Source: Ranitomeya imitator (taxonomy: Eukaryota). From it: DNA of 64,000 nucleotides. Location: NCBI RefSeq assembly GCF_032444005.1, contig NC_091283.1, forward strand, positions 558,868,001 to 558,932,000, read 5' to 3'. The notes under the pieces were generated by a model. The model ran no database searches and was not told the origin of the DNA. It was given only the letters and a program-made list of their open reading frames with translations. Positions within the stretch are counted from its first letter, which is position 1, and each line of letters opens with the position of its first letter. The translations under genes and the position numbers were made by a program. Below, piece after piece: positions 1 through 13,472 of this stretch.

Positions 1-132
1 TATGTACAAGAGTTTGATCTTAGGGCTCTCGCTCTCCAGGTCTTGAAGGATTTTCCTACGATCTGCTACAGGCAACTTGGAATTCAGAGAACAAGCTTTA
101 ATCTTCAGGGAAATGAGGTGATCTACCTGATC
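1..132 (-). CDS. RECQL5: RECQL5 coding exon 3, truncated by the window edge (DQVDHLISLKIKACSLNSKLPVADRRKILQDLESESPKIKLLYI)
   Basis: Manual minus-strand translation after a tttag acceptor (AG at 134-133). Matches vertebrate RECQL5 [20 protein letters not shown]...KILYI and is in phase 0 with the previous exon. Confidence 0.95.
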
Positions 133-799
133 CTAAACATTGTGAAAAAGAGAGAGAAGTCAGTGCGAAAAGAATCCATGAAGGGCGATTGTCACAATGA
201 GAATATACGAACACAAGGTCTTCTTCAGCAGGCAAACCCGACAAGGTTTTCAATGGAAACCGCTTTAGGAAATGCCAGCAATTTTCTATTTCTCAAGCGT
301 CTCTTTTAGCATTTTTTTAGTCATTCCCTGGGGGCATTTTCAATATTTTGAACCACCAGTGGATTTTCTCAGTGTTCTTCCAGAATTTTAGGAGTGTCTT
401 TGTTTTACTAGTGTTATCTACGTGGTTTTTTTTAACTCCATTCAACAGTGTAGAAACCGCTAGTGGTTTTTCAAGTAAAGATGCTGACCAAAGCCTCAAA
501 AAGAAGTCGGGGCATCTTTTGAGCCTTCCCATTCTTTTATATTGTAAGTAAGGAGCATCGTCCAATTGTAAAGCGACTCAAAAATTCTCATGTCACTTCT
601 GCTAAGTGCTTGGAATTTTTGAAAATCTGAAGAAGTAAAAAGATGCAGAAAAGTCAGAACATACGAATAGTAAGGGTTTTTTTTATCATATAAATGAATA
701 TTTTATTCTGTTGAGCATATCATGGGTGCATTTTCAGGCAGTTTTCAGAGTCCAATCAGGAGGCAGCATTTTATAGAGTAGGAGGAGCTGAGTATATAC

Positions 800-1445
800 C
801 ACACATGACAAGAGCCAAGGTGCAGACTATGCAAAGAAACCTCAGAACAGTGCTACACATAGTGGCAGGATGCAAAATGCAAGCGGGAACAGCGTATACC
901 GAACACCACAACCAAGTAGCGGGAATTGTATACAGGAACATCTGCACAGCATATGGGCCAAATCCCCCTAAGTCCAAGTGGGAGACCCCAGAAAAAGTGG
1001 TGGAGAATGAAAGGGCTAAAATCCTGTGGGACTTCAAGATCCAGATAGATAAGAAGGTGTTGGCTAACCAACCAGACAGTGTGATAGTAGACAAGGATCA
1101 GAAGACAGCAATGATAATAGATGTGGCAGTGCCAAGTGACAGCAATATCAGCAAGAAGGAATATGAGAAGCTGGAGAAATACCAGGGCCTCAAAGGAGAC
1201 CTGGAGAAGATGTGGAAGGTGAAGGCAACAGTGGTGATAGTAGCACTTGGAGCAGTGACCCCTAAGTTGGAAGAATGGCTACAAAAGATCCCAGGAGCAA
1301 CATCTTAGCTCTCTGTCCAGAAAAGCGCAATGCTGGGAACAGCCAAGATCCTGCGCAGAACCCTCAGACTCTCAGGCCTCTGGTAGAGGACCCGAAAATG
1401 GCAAAGGACAAGAAAGACCACTTCCATTGGGGTTGAGAAGGAAGT
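800..1445 (+). mobile_element. 5'-truncated R4-clade (Rex6/Dong-like) non-LTR retrotransposon: CCHC knuckle and restriction-like endonuclease
   Basis: CRLCKE..E-TVLHIVAGC (frameshifted), HHNQVAGIVY, ILWDFKIQ, NQPDSVIVDK..IIDVAVP..KLEKY. Premature TAG at 1306-1308 before LSVQKSAMLGTAKILRRTL. Confidence 0.8.
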
Positions 1446-2581
1446 TTTTGTCTTTTTTATGTGTGTTTGGGAGAAGGTTCAGTGTAAGCAGTGTTTTCTT
1501 CATTTGTAACTTTCTTCATTCCCAGCTTTCCAACCAAGTGGGTGATTCTATTCTTTGTACAGGTGTGCCTACAGGGATGGCCATCAATCACTGATAAGAC
1601 TACCCACTTGGCTGAAATACCAAGAGTAGGCACAGGTCTAAATCAATGAAACAAGTTATGCTGACACTTTGCTTTGCAGAACTACAGTATATATCAATCT
1701 TCTCAGCTCATCCTACTCTATAACGTGGTATCTACAGGATGTACTGCATTTTCAATGTGACAGGTTCCTTTTAAATAACCAGTTAGACATGTACTCCAGA
1801 TGATGGTTTATTTGGATCCAGAGTATAGTGCTGCAGCAGCCTCATGTCCCATGACTCTCCAAGCTGGTAGATCAGGGGCATATTAGAAATAACTCTTACA
1901 CAAGTACAGTTTATGCCAAGCTGTGATATATCATCACATGAACAAAAGCACGGTCACTTTTTTGGCTACATGATCATTTAAATTAAAAGGATAATAAAAT
2001 GGTTCTCTAAAAAAAGGAGAATTTTTTTTTATTGTTTGGCATATGTACAAAACAAACACACTTTAATCATTAAAATATCTAAAATTGCTGGATTTTGGCC
2101 CTGCTCCAGTATGCACCATTTCAGCTGTCATTCTCACACAGGCAGGGGTTGCGTGCCCGGCTCAGGGCATTAGCTAAGCCAGGCCCCTTCTCTAATTCTG
2201 AATTAGAAGAGGAGCTGTCAAGAAACCAGCAGTGAAATTCAGCATTCTACGCAGTTCTTATAAACAAAGCAGATGATTCAGGTACTTTATTTTACATTGG
2301 CCAAGCAATATAGAACTTTTTACTTGTCACGCAAACCCTTTACTGACTTGTTTATACAAAGGAGATCAAATAATGAACATTGATCAGGTATCTGATGACT
2401 GAAGTGTACACCTATGATCTTTCACTGCTGCATAGATCATTTACAATGTCTTTTTTTATATACACAGTTTTGCTTTTCCTGCCTCTCTCCAATGTAACCA
2501 CATACGATAACATAGTATAAAAACCTTTTGCTAGCACAAATTCTGGGTATTATGTAAAGCTTTAAATAACAGTGTTGGCTA

Positions 2582-3851
<1,270 letters not shown>

Positions 3852-3904
3852 TATGCGTATGTATGTATGTATGTATGTATGTATGTGTGTACGTATATAT
3901 ATAT
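3852..3904. repeat. (TATG)n/(TA)n microsatellite
   Basis: Direct inspection. Confidence 0.85.
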
Positions 3905-4459
3905 TATCACAGTCTGGTCAGGATCTGGATTTTGCTGTCTGATCGGAGTCTATATTTTGGAGTGAGTAATTATTTTGAAGGTCTGTTTATACTTAAACTC
4001 CATGGTCTTTACTAATTTCAAGAAATGATGGAGGTTATACAGTCTTTGTGTGAATGGAAAGCATCAAGTTAATGGTGTCTGGGGACATGGCCTATGTAAA
4101 AGGGTCTTGCAGACAGATCTAGTTGTACACCAGTGATTTTCGCATCAGACAGAACATGAAGAAGAGAATTGAGAATTGGACACCAGGTACTTGACTTAGA
4201 AAGGCAACCATTACCTATTCATCTTCATGCCACCACTGATCTTTCCAATAAACTCTACCAATGAACCAATCACTCTCATTCTTGTCCCAGCCATTAAAGA
4301 CAGACTACTTTATGAGCCATTGGGGCTACTAGAGAAGTAGATCTTTCTGAGTGTTATGCTGCCTTATTTACTGTCTTCTCTTCCCCAAGTCATGCACACA
4401 CAACTGACCATACGGATGGTATAAGGTGTGAGAGAGAGAGAGAGAGACTTGAAAAATCG

Positions 4460-4812
4460 TTCCGGGCATGCTCAGAATGAAAAGACGGGATAAATCGCTG
4501 GATTTCTGTGTTTGACGGTCAGCGACGGATCCTGCGTCCATAGGCTTCCATTATAGCCGATGACGGGCAGCGCAGGACCAGTAGCTGAGCGATTTTCCGT
4601 CATGCAGAAAATTTCTCCACACGACGGACAGCTATTTTCCAACGGATCCAGTGCACGACGGATGAAGCGGATGGCCATCCGTCGTAATCCGTCGCTAATG
4701 CAAGTCTATGGGGAAAAAAAACAGGATCCTACAGAAAAATTTGCAGGATTCTGTTTTTTCAAAACTTGACGGATTTCGACAGGAGGAAAAAGATGGAAGT
4801 GTGAAAGAGGCC
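4460..4812. mobile_element. One-ended Harbinger derivative
   Basis: Ends in GTGTGAAAGAGGCC|TTA (reverse complement GGCCTCTTTCACAC). Internal GACGGATCC/CAAGTCTATGGG motifs are shared with the subterminal regions of the autonomous Harbinger. Confidence 0.6.
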
Positions 4813-5200
4813 TTACTTGGGGAAGAGATGACAGTAAGTTACGCTATGGAAAGATGGTAAGCCAACAGAAGCATTACGATGCTATGGGCAATGCTCTCAC
4901 AGAAATCACCAACCTAAACACTTTCAGAAAGAGCACACTCCTTAAAGGCAACAGCATTCCCTAATGGCAGTGAGGAGAATAAGGCGTCCTACAAAAAACT
5001 GTACAGGATTAACTGTGGAACATGCGAGGATGTGCTGGAAAATAGCTCTGATCCCTGGAGGCGCCATGTGGCAACATAAAGGACTCTGCTGATAATTTCA
5101 ATAGGACAGAGTTCTTTTTTGGCCCAAATAGACACCTGCATGATAAAAGGGAGGTATGTTATGTCTGGTCGATGTATACTACAGAGGAAACATGTCTCAC

Positions 5201-5345
5201 CTTTAACCACAGTGCGTGTTGCATTTTCCTGCAGATCTGAACGAAAAGTGTTAAATTCAAAAACTTTTTTCAGGGTGGAGAGAATTCGGCATTTAGAGCT
5301 TGTTGATGATGAGGATGCTGATGAGGATGAAGACTGGGGGTTCAT
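5201..5345 (-). CDS. RECQL5: RECQL5 first coding exon (MNPQSSSSSASSSSTSSKCRILSTLKKVFEFNTFRSDLQENATRTVVK-G); whole exon 5201-5359
   Basis: Matches the RECQL5 N-terminus [30 protein letters not shown]. Donor G|gtgaga, acceptor ttacag at 5361-5360. 145+122 nt gives 89 codons. Confidence 0.93.
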
Positions 5346-5587
5346 TTCGAGATAATGTCCTGTAACAAACAAATTAGCAGTCAGTATTCATCGGAATATT
5401 ACTGCCTAATGACTGAAAAGATTAAGCTGGAAAGAAAATGTAATACCAGAAAACGGTGACAAACAGAAGCAAAATGTAGATTAATTTAAAGAACATAATG
5501 AAAATATTCCTAGTACGCCCTGCCGTCATATGTGAGAACATGTTACAACCTCTAATACATATTTTTTGAGGATCTTTTTTACAATAA

Positions 5588-5856
5588 GGCTTTGTGCACA
5601 CGTTCAGGATTTCTTGCAGAAATTTCCTGAGCAAAACCGAACATTTTCTGCAAGATATCCGCATGCGTTTTTTGTGCGTTTTTTTCCGGAGCTTTCCAAT
5701 GCATTAAATAGCGGGAAAAATGCGAAAAATCCACAAAATTAATGAACATGCTGTGTTTTTTAACGCGATGTGTGTTTTCGCGGAAAAAAAACGCATCATG
5801 TGCACAAAAATTGCGGAATGCATTTTGCGAAAAATCTGCAACGTGTGCACACAGCC
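5588..5856. mobile_element. Harbinger MITE (GGCTWTGTGCACAC family)
   Basis: TIR GGCTTTGTGCACACGTT ... ACGTGTGCACACAGCC with TAA on both sides. Confidence 0.85.
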
Positions 5857-6459
5857 TAAATGTGAATAGTTTCAGAAACCATCTGCCTATCGCGCTTTTT
5901 TTGTATCTATGTCAGGTGTTATATTACAGTCTTACAACTATTTTGGAAAGATCTTACTTTAAAAATTCTTCAGGTGTGATCAACCTCCTCTGGAACCCAT
6001 TCAAGTGGACATCAAATTTTCAGGAAGAGATGATGTTCCATCCAGGGTCTGCAATGGAAGTGACTCTGTGGATAGGACATCATCAATGAAGTTGTGCCCA
6101 GAGGAGTAAGGGGGCAGACTCTTAGACCACTGAGGTCCATGATTGGCTGCATTGGTCACATGGATATTCAATATGAGACAGCTCATAATCCACAAAAAAA
6201 ACACCAGTATAAGATAAAAATGCTGAGAACATGCCAATAACAAGGAACGATTCCTGAAGCATCTTTCGCTTGAAAAAAAGGAAATTTTTTGACAACAGTA
6301 AAAAAAAAAAAAATGTAACAAGAACATACCCTAAGGACATATTCTGGTTGATTTAAAGTTGTCTCAAGTTATTTATATGGTTAAAATTGGAAAGTGCTTA
6401 CAAAAACAAGCAACTTTGATACATACTTCTCATTTACTGAGGGATATTTGATTAGTTAA

Positions 6460-7036
6460 AGGGAACCTGTCACCCCCAAAATTGAAGGTGAGGTAAGCCC
6501 ACCGACATCAGGGGCTTATCTACAGCATTCTGGAATGCTGTAGATAAGCCCCCGATGTATCCTGAAAGATAAGAAAAAGAGGTTAGATTATACTTACCCG
6601 GGGCGGTCCGATCCGATGGGTGTCGCGGTCCGGGGACTCCCATCTTCATAGGATGATGTCCTCTTCTGGTCTTCACGCTGCAGCTCCGGCGCAGGCGTAC
6701 TTTGTCTGCCCTGTTGAGGGCAGAGCAAAGTACTGCAGTGCGCAGGTTCCGGGCCTCTCTGACCTTTCCCGGCGCCTGCGCACTGCAGTACTTTGCTCTG
6801 CTCTCAACAGGGCAGACAAAGTACGCCTGCGCCGGAGCCGCAGCGTGAAGACATGAAGAGGACGTCATCGTAAGAAGATGCAGCGGGAACGCCCCTGGGT
6901 GAGTATAATCTAACCTCTTTTTCTCATCTTTCAGGATACATCGGGGGCTTATCTACAGCATTAAAGAATGCTGTAGATAAGCCCCTGATGCCGGTGGGCT
7001 TAGCTCACCTTTGATTTTTGGGGCGACAGGTTCCTT
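6460..7036. mobile_element. Kolobok/T2-type MITE, largely palindromic
   Basis: TTAA|AGGGAACCTGTCA ... GACAGGTTCCTT|TTAA. The two arms are reverse complements. Confidence 0.85.
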
Positions 7037-8099
7037 TTAACAGCTTATTACCTAGGTTACCGGCCACCGTGCAGTCTCAGAGTGGTCGGTTAACTAGGCA
7101 AGTAGCACTAGCAGGCTCTGCACGGTTGTAAAGCTGGCCGGATCACTGGAGCCCCCCTATGCTGCAGAAGCAAAGCTACCTCCGATGAATGAAATGAGCT
7201 CAGGTCCCACCAGTTGTGATAGAATACTGCTTGTCCAAACTGTCACGCTTCAGGGGTAAGATGTGAGTGCGCCCCAGAAGAAAAGAAGCTGAGACAACAC
7301 CAATGAGGAGTGCCTGCATCCCTGCACAACTCCATGTGGACTGTTCCGGAGCACTGTGCATAGGCATATACATTTGTCTTTGGAAAGTTTTCATACACAG
7401 CATCTTTAGAGAGAAAAAAAGACTCCAATCTTTCAGTAGCTTTGTAAGACATTGTAGCAGGAAGGTCCCACAGGACGGGTAGGGGGTCTCAGAGATCAGA
7501 ACCCCTGATGACATGTAATAACGTCACAACATGGGAAACCCCATTCCTGCACTACAGATATAGGCCCGCACCCGAGAACATGGGGTATTACATAAACTAA
7601 AACAAATGTAGAAGGTAAACTTTGCCCCCAAGATTATCCTTGTAGGAACAGATGGCGGACCTAAATAACAAAAAAACGTAAAGGAGTATCCAAACAAACA
7701 GAAATGTGGAATCCACACTAGGACTACACAATAGTCATGGAAGAGTAACCCAAAGATCTCACAAGCAGGAGTCTGCTGACACCACAGGGGTAATGGCTGT
7801 TAGAAGGGTGGATTACCCCCAACTCCTCTCACCACACTGACTGTCACCTGGCAGCCTAAGAAGCTTATGGCTGAGGCATGGTGCTAGGTCTCAGGAAAGG
7901 AGTAACAAATCAGATGCCAGCTTTCATTTTACCACTGCTGGTGTGAAGGTGAAAGCTGCACTCTGATTGGTTGTTGGTTCTCACACCCAATACCCCGCTG
8001 CCTGCACCATGGCCCCGTGTATAGCAAGCAATGCTGCGAGCCCCAGCGCCACACAGACAGCCACTAACTGTTCAGCCGAGCGTCATCTCCCCGCAAACT

Positions 8100-8232
8100 T
8101 CCTCTGAACTTCCGCCAGTCCCGGCGCACAGTAGTGACGTCACCGGACCCAGGCACGGTTACCGTGGCGACTACGGCTCGCCTTGCTTCCGGTTCTAGGA
8201 GGACGTCACAGCGAGCGACCACGGCAGAGATG
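8100..8232. promoter_or_regulatory. Bidirectional GC/CpG-rich promoter shared by RECQL5 and SAP30BP
   Basis: Full CRE palindrome GTGACGTCAC 8134-8143, ETS-like CTTCCGG 8186-8192, GACGTCAC 8202-8209, YY1-like AGATGGCGGC over the SAP30BP ATG. Candidate donor CACG|GTAACC (8163/8162, minus) for a non-coding RECQL5 exon 1. Confidence 0.75.
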
Positions 8233-8320
8233 GCGGCGAATCGGAAGAATGTGCTGTCCTCGCTGGCCGTGTATGCCGGGGACTCGGAGCCGGAGCAGGA
8301 CAGTGACGGGGGCGTGGAAG
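8230..8320 (+). CDS. SAP30BP: SAP30BP coding exon 1 (MAANRKNVLSSLAVYAGDSEPEQDSDGGVE-)
   Basis: Matches human MAGKKNVLSSLAVYAEDSEPESD. Donor G|gtgaga. Head-to-head with RECQL5 as in human. Confidence 0.95.
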
Positions 8321-9117
8321 GTGAGAATAATGGCGGGGGTGATATGGTGCCATAGGTGAACTACCTGAGGAGAGAAAACATGGCTGCTCCTCACAGGGCT
8401 CTGCCAGTAGGAAAAATGGCGCTGGATCTCAGGAATCCTTTTAATTCTTTAAAAATGTCTCCTGTTTCCAGTTTTCTTCGTTCTTCCTTCCAAGATCCAT
8501 CATTTTTACTTCTTTTCCCGTCTATTTAGGCTTTATGGGCTTTTTTGCAGGACGAGTTGTAGTTGTGAATGACTCCATTAAGCTTACCATATAAGCTAGT
8601 GATAAACGTAGTGATGACGCCCCCAAATGTGGGGTTTTGGGAGGGTTTGTGTTTCCGTTGTTCATTGTGCGCTGATAATCGCCCAGGCCGTGCGGCTTCT
8701 TCAGGTCGGCACCATTGCGGGGGCCACACTTGAATAGATTTTATTTTTCATTATTTTAGTTCTGATCTTTGTATAAGATGCCAGTTTTGGGTCTTGTCGT
8801 ACTTCGAAACCAATAACTTTCTGCTTCAATGGATCTGAATTAGATCTTGTTCATACATGGCGATGTGTTGTCTTTAAATACACCATTGTGTGGTGCATAC
8901 AGCGCTTTAATCGCTTTGTTTATTGTATTTTTGGAGGAGCAATTTTGACTTTTTTTTTTTTTGCTTCAGACAGTTGCAAACCCAGGTAGTGGTAATACGT
9001 CCCAAAAGGCACTAAGAACCATAGCAATACCAAAAAAACAAAAAAGTGCCAGGACAATTGTTTCAAGATATAATTTATAATTAATCGATTTTTATTAACT
9101 TCAAATATAATTATCTG

Positions 9118-9308
9118 CGATATAATTGTCTAAGGGGTACTTCCGTCTGTCTGTCTGTCCTTCTGTAATGGTTATTCGTTCGCTGATTGGTCTCGGCAGC
9201 TGCCTGTCATGGCTGCCGCGACCAATCAGCGACGTGCAAAGTCCGGAAGAAAATGGCCGCTCCTTACTCCCCACACTCACTGCCCGGCGCCCGCATACAC
9301 CCCTCCAC
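9118..9308 (+). mobile_element. Probable Helitron 5' terminal fragment
   Basis: ATATAATTGTCTAAGGGGTACTTCCGTCTGTCTGTCTGTC start and a GCTGATTGG..CCAATCAGC hairpin, resembling anuran non-autonomous Helitron 5' ends recalled from memory. Confidence 0.4.
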
Positions 9309-9309
9309 C

Positions 9310-10480
9310 AAGTGGCCAATTCCTGATTGTAGGGTGGCTGCCTTATCGGTATTATTGCACCTGTGTATCTGCCATCTTAACTTGGGCCCGCTGCACCTTG
9401 GTTAGTGCAATTGTTGGAGGCCTTGGACTGGTAAGCATCTCTGCCTGTGTACTGGTGTTTTTTTTGTCTAGAATAGTGGAGGTTTTTCCTCTTACGGTGT
9501 TTTTCTAGCTCTATCCTTGTCCGCTCAGCCATCTTTTCCTTCAGATCAGTACGCACATCAGCCATCACCTCTCGTATGATCTCTACTGCAGGGTTTGGGC
9601 CATAGAATGCCAGTCTGTTCTTTACCTCCCTCTGGAATTCAGTCTCCTCCACGTTCACATTGGGGGGCGCTGCACTGTCGTGTTCCATGATGGCTGCTAT
9701 CAAATCCGCTTTTGTTTTGATGCTGGCGATTAACCCTCGGGCTTCCACCAGATCTTTTAATGTAGTCCTCTTTAACAGGGGTGTCAAACTGCATTCCTCA
9801 AGGGCTGCAAACAGGTCATGTTTTCAGGATTTCCTTGTACTGCACAGGTGATAATTTAATCACCTACACACATAATGATTCCAGCACCTTGTGCAATGCT
9901 AAGGAAATCTTGAAAACACGCATGGTTTGCGGCCCTCGAGGAATGCAGTTTGACACACCTGCTCTTTAACTTCTGGTAGTTGTTTTCCATTCATTCGTTT
10001 CCTCCTGTAGAAGAGGTATCAGATCCCACTGCTGCCACCAGTGTAACGGGGTCTACCAATCTGGGGTACCTCTTTCAATACCACCCCGTGTTTCAGGAGG
10101 TCCACTTTGCTTTGGCTGGAGTCTGAATGAAGGACATTGGCTGGAATCCCTTGATTACATGGGCGCATATAAAATCTCACTGCTTCTCCACGTATTTCCA
10201 GTCTGACAACACTTTATTCACAGGACACAGAATATATCACACAGATACAGAGGGTAGACCAATAGAAAAGCAGCATGCCAGACATACATTACAATAGCCG
10301 CAGGGGGCCGGAGCCTGCCGATATTTACTGTGGGAATTACAAAGGTGGGGGGAGGACAGAAGGGGGATATCTTGTCCCCTCTGCCCAGGGGCGCAGCCTG
10401 TGGGCTGATGCATCTCACATGGAACCTATTATACATATATATAACTCAACATATTCTGGGTGCTGTGGGGTTCCGTAACA
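9310..10480 (-). mobile_element. Truncated Gypsy element: LTR 10042-10480, tRNA-Leu PBS 10023-10040, gag N-terminus with SAP/HeH-like motif
   Basis: LTR TGTTACGG...CCGTTACA. PBS TGGTGGCAGCAGTGGGAT is complementary to the tRNA-Leu(AAG/UAG) 3' end. Gag starts at ATG 9990 and reads MENNYQKLKRTTLKDLVEARGLIASIKTKADLIAAI once the hAT MITE is removed. Confidence 0.8.
9776..9961. mobile_element. hAT MITE (186 bp) inserted in Gypsy gag
   Basis: TIR CAGGGGTGTCAAAC...GTTTGACACACCTG with perfect 8-bp TSD CTCTTTAA (9768-9775, 9962-9969). Confidence 0.92.
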
Positions 10481-12479
10481 CGTAACAATTAGGTCTAGCA
10501 GTGCCCCACTTGTTGGGTCCTGAACCAGTTATGAAAGGTAATTGCCTCTCATAGTTGTCCAAAACCGATTACCTTTGCTGCAACTGCAGGTTTCTGTTCC
10601 CCAACCTATTTCAGGGTAGTTGAAGTCCCCCATAATAATGACTTATCCTTGAGTCGCAGCTTCATCTATTTGTTTTATGAGGATATTCTCCGTGGCTTCC
10701 ATTATTTTTGGAGATTTATAACAAACCCCTACCAGTAATTTATTATTTTTTCCCCCTCCCCTTATCTCCACCCACAGGGACTCTACATTTTCATTAGATT
10801 CACCTATATTATCCCACAGGATGGGTTTTACATACAGACACACACCTCCCCCTCACTTATCCGTTCGGTCATTTCTGAACAGGCTATAGCCCTGCAAGTT
10901 AACAGCCCAGTCATGGCTCTCATCCAGCCATGTCTCAGCTATCCCCACTATGTCATAATTATGCTCCAACAACATTAATTTGAATTTGTCCATTTTGTTG
11001 GCGAGGCTTCTGGCATTAGTATACATGCACTTTATGTATCTCTCTGCACCTCTATTCTTTCTTAAATTATTAATTGTTCTAACCCCACCCCCCATGCCAC
11101 CGCCACCCCCAGTTTCATTATTTGTACCCAGATCTCTATCTGCACTATCTCCCCCTCCTATAAAATGAATCCCCTTCCCCCCATTCCCTAGTTTAAACAC
11201 TCCTCCAACCTTCTAGCCATTTTCTCCCCCAGCACAGCTGCACCCTCCCCATTGAGATGCAGCCCGTCCCTAGCGTAGAGCCTGTAGCCAACTGAGAAGT
11301 CGGCTCAGTTCTGCAGGAATCCAAACCCCTCCTTCCTACACCAATTCTTGAGCCACTTATTAAAGGGAAGATACCGCGTTTGTAGGTCATTAATAAATCA
11401 CTGTAATGTAGCATAACATGCTGCTATAAGCAAGTTTGAAATGCATGTGAAACAGATTTCATGTGTTATATGAGTTTAAAGAATGCACTGGGGGCTGACA
11501 TCTTGGTTTTGCAGCAGTAGCAGGGCACTATCAGTGTCAGATTACGGCACCCCATGGACATAGGAGATAATAGACCGGTGTGGACCCTATCTGTAACATT
11601 GCAGCAGCATTAGCAGTGAGCTGGGCACGCCTCTGTGGGCTGCACAACTCACTGCTGTAGGTGTGACTAGCTGCCATTTTATTATAGCCCTGTGCTCTCT
11701 ATCACAGGACAGAAGAAGCCCTCACTGCTCCTCTGTACTCCAAGCAGGCACGTCCTCTGCTCCTCACAGGCTGCCCTGTGTGCTTCTCCTGCCATGTCTC
11801 CCCCTCCCCCTCACACACAGTCCCTGTGATCTCAGGTAAGCTGCACTCACAGCCTGCAGAGAGGGAGGTGGCACCTGGAGAGAGAGAGAGCAGGGCAGCT
11901 GACAGGACAGGGATTAAGGTGGGGGATGGCAAGAATGTTGTTCACAAAAAATGCTGCTGAGTCCACTGTGTTCTGCTCCTCTGTAACCAAGCTGTGCCTC
12001 TGATGCAGTAACTGCTGGTGATAGCAGGTCACAGGGCAGTCACACACAAAATGGCTCTGCCCTGTGATGCTGCTCTGCAGTCTTACTGTTAGGAGCAAAA
12101 TTGGGGCAGTAACTGCTGACATCACCATTTCCCTCCCCTTTTGGGTGGTCTAATATCCCTGGGGCAGAGCTGCTAAATCTTACTATAGCTGCTTGAGGTC
12201 TAAAACGGAAAATGCTCCCCCTAGTGGTAAATATGTATATTTGTAGAAAAATATATAATATTTTTCATATAGAAATGTTTGCAAACAGTGCAAACATTGC
12301 ATTAATACATTTTAATTACTATTTTAAGCTTAATTTCACAAAAAAACAAAATGCAAGAAAACTGGTGGCACCTTCCCTTTAACCTCCCTAATCTCCCGTT
12401 GCCTTTCTGGCGTGGCACGTGGTACAGGCAGTATTTCAGAGAATACCACCTTGGAGGTCCTTGCTTTAAGCTTGCAGCC
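10481..12479 (-). mobile_element. CR1 LINE fragment (end of ORF1 esterase and start of ORF2 APE), split by a T2 MITE
   Basis: CMYTNARSLANKMDK, GIAETWLDESHDW, GYSLFRNDR, VESLWVEIRG, IIMGDFNY. Near-identical to the plus-strand CR1 at 31550-32480. Confidence 0.9.
11364..12378. mobile_element. Kolobok/T2-type MITE, copy A
   Basis: TTAA|AGGGAAGATACC ... GGCACCTTCCCT|TTAA. Reverse-orientation paralog at 25172-26506. Confidence 0.88.
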
Positions 12480-12482
12480 TAA

Positions 12483-13171
12483 AGGTACCGTCACACTAAG
12501 CGATGCTGCAGCGATACCGACAACGATCCGGATCGCTGCAGCGTCGCTGTTTGGTCGCTGGAGAGCTGTCACACAGACCGCTCTCCAGGGCCCAACGATG
12601 CTGGTAACCAGGGTAAACATCGGGTTACTAAGCGCAGGGCCGCGCTTAGTAACCCGATGTTTACCCTGGTTACCAGCGTAAAAGTAAAAAAAAAAAAAAC
12701 ATTACATACTTATCTTCCGCTGTCTGTCCCTGGCGCTCTGCTTCTCTGCCCTGTGTAAGCACAGCGGCCGGAAAGCAGAGCGGTGACGTCACCGCTGTGC
12801 TTACACAGGGCAGAGAAGCAGAGCGCCGAGGGACAGACAGCGGAAGATAAGTATGTAGTGTTGTTTTTTTTTTTTACTTTTACGCTGGTAACCAGGGTAA
12901 ACATCAGGTTACTAAGCGCGGCCCTGCGCTTAGTAACCCGATGTTTACCCTGGTTACCAGCGAAGACATCGCTGAATCGGTGTCACACACGCCGATTCAG
13001 CGATGTCAGCAGGAAGTCCAGCGACCAAATAAAGTTCTGGCCTTCTAGCTCCGACCAACGACATCACAGCAGGATCCTGATCGCTGCTGTGTGTCAAACT
13101 GAACGATATCGCTAGCTAGGACGCTGCAACGTCATGGATCGCTAGCGATATCGTTTAGTGTGACGGTACCT
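12483..13171. mobile_element. Harbinger MITE, AGGTAC(C/T)GTCACA family, copy 1
   Basis: TAA|AGGTACCGTCACACT ... AGTGTGACGGTACCT|TAA. Two long internal palindromes (GGTAACCAGGGTAAACATCGGG...). Confidence 0.88.
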
Positions 13172-13368
13172 TAATTCTTTTGCGTTTTTGTCCGAATGCG
13201 TCCACTAGTCACTAAATCAACATCTTTCCTTTTATCCCAATCACTCCAACCACCTAGTAATGACAAGGTGTGTATGTAACGAATTAAATATGCAGTAGGA
13301 CTCGGGAGAGGAAGAAGATTATTTTGTTTACTGTTCTTTTCTTTGATACCTCTAGTTCTCTATTGCAG

Positions 13369-13472
13369 ATGAGAATGGAGGGTTAGTGTCCCGGTCATAT
13401 GGACAAGATGAAATGTCCCGGGTGGAAGAGGATGGATCAAACAAAGAGGATGAAGAGTCAAGCCAGCACTCT
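13369..13472 (+). CDS. SAP30BP: SAP30BP coding exon 2 (-DENGGLVSRSYGQDEMSRVEEDGSNKEDEESSQHS)
   Basis: Acceptor ttgcag and donor gtaagt. Phase 1 to 0. Similar to human EEKGGLVSDAYGEDDFSRL...ENSRQS. Confidence 0.9.

Noticed and set aside
317-565. 82-aa minus-strand ORF near the RECQL5 exon
   Set aside because: It lies in the intron, has no similarity to RECQL5 and has no supported splice sites.
12483-13171. Kolobok/T2 (TTAA) assignment for the AGGTAC MITEs
   Set aside because: The junction at 20610-20612 and the other copies show a 3-bp TAA duplication, which fits PIF/Harbinger.
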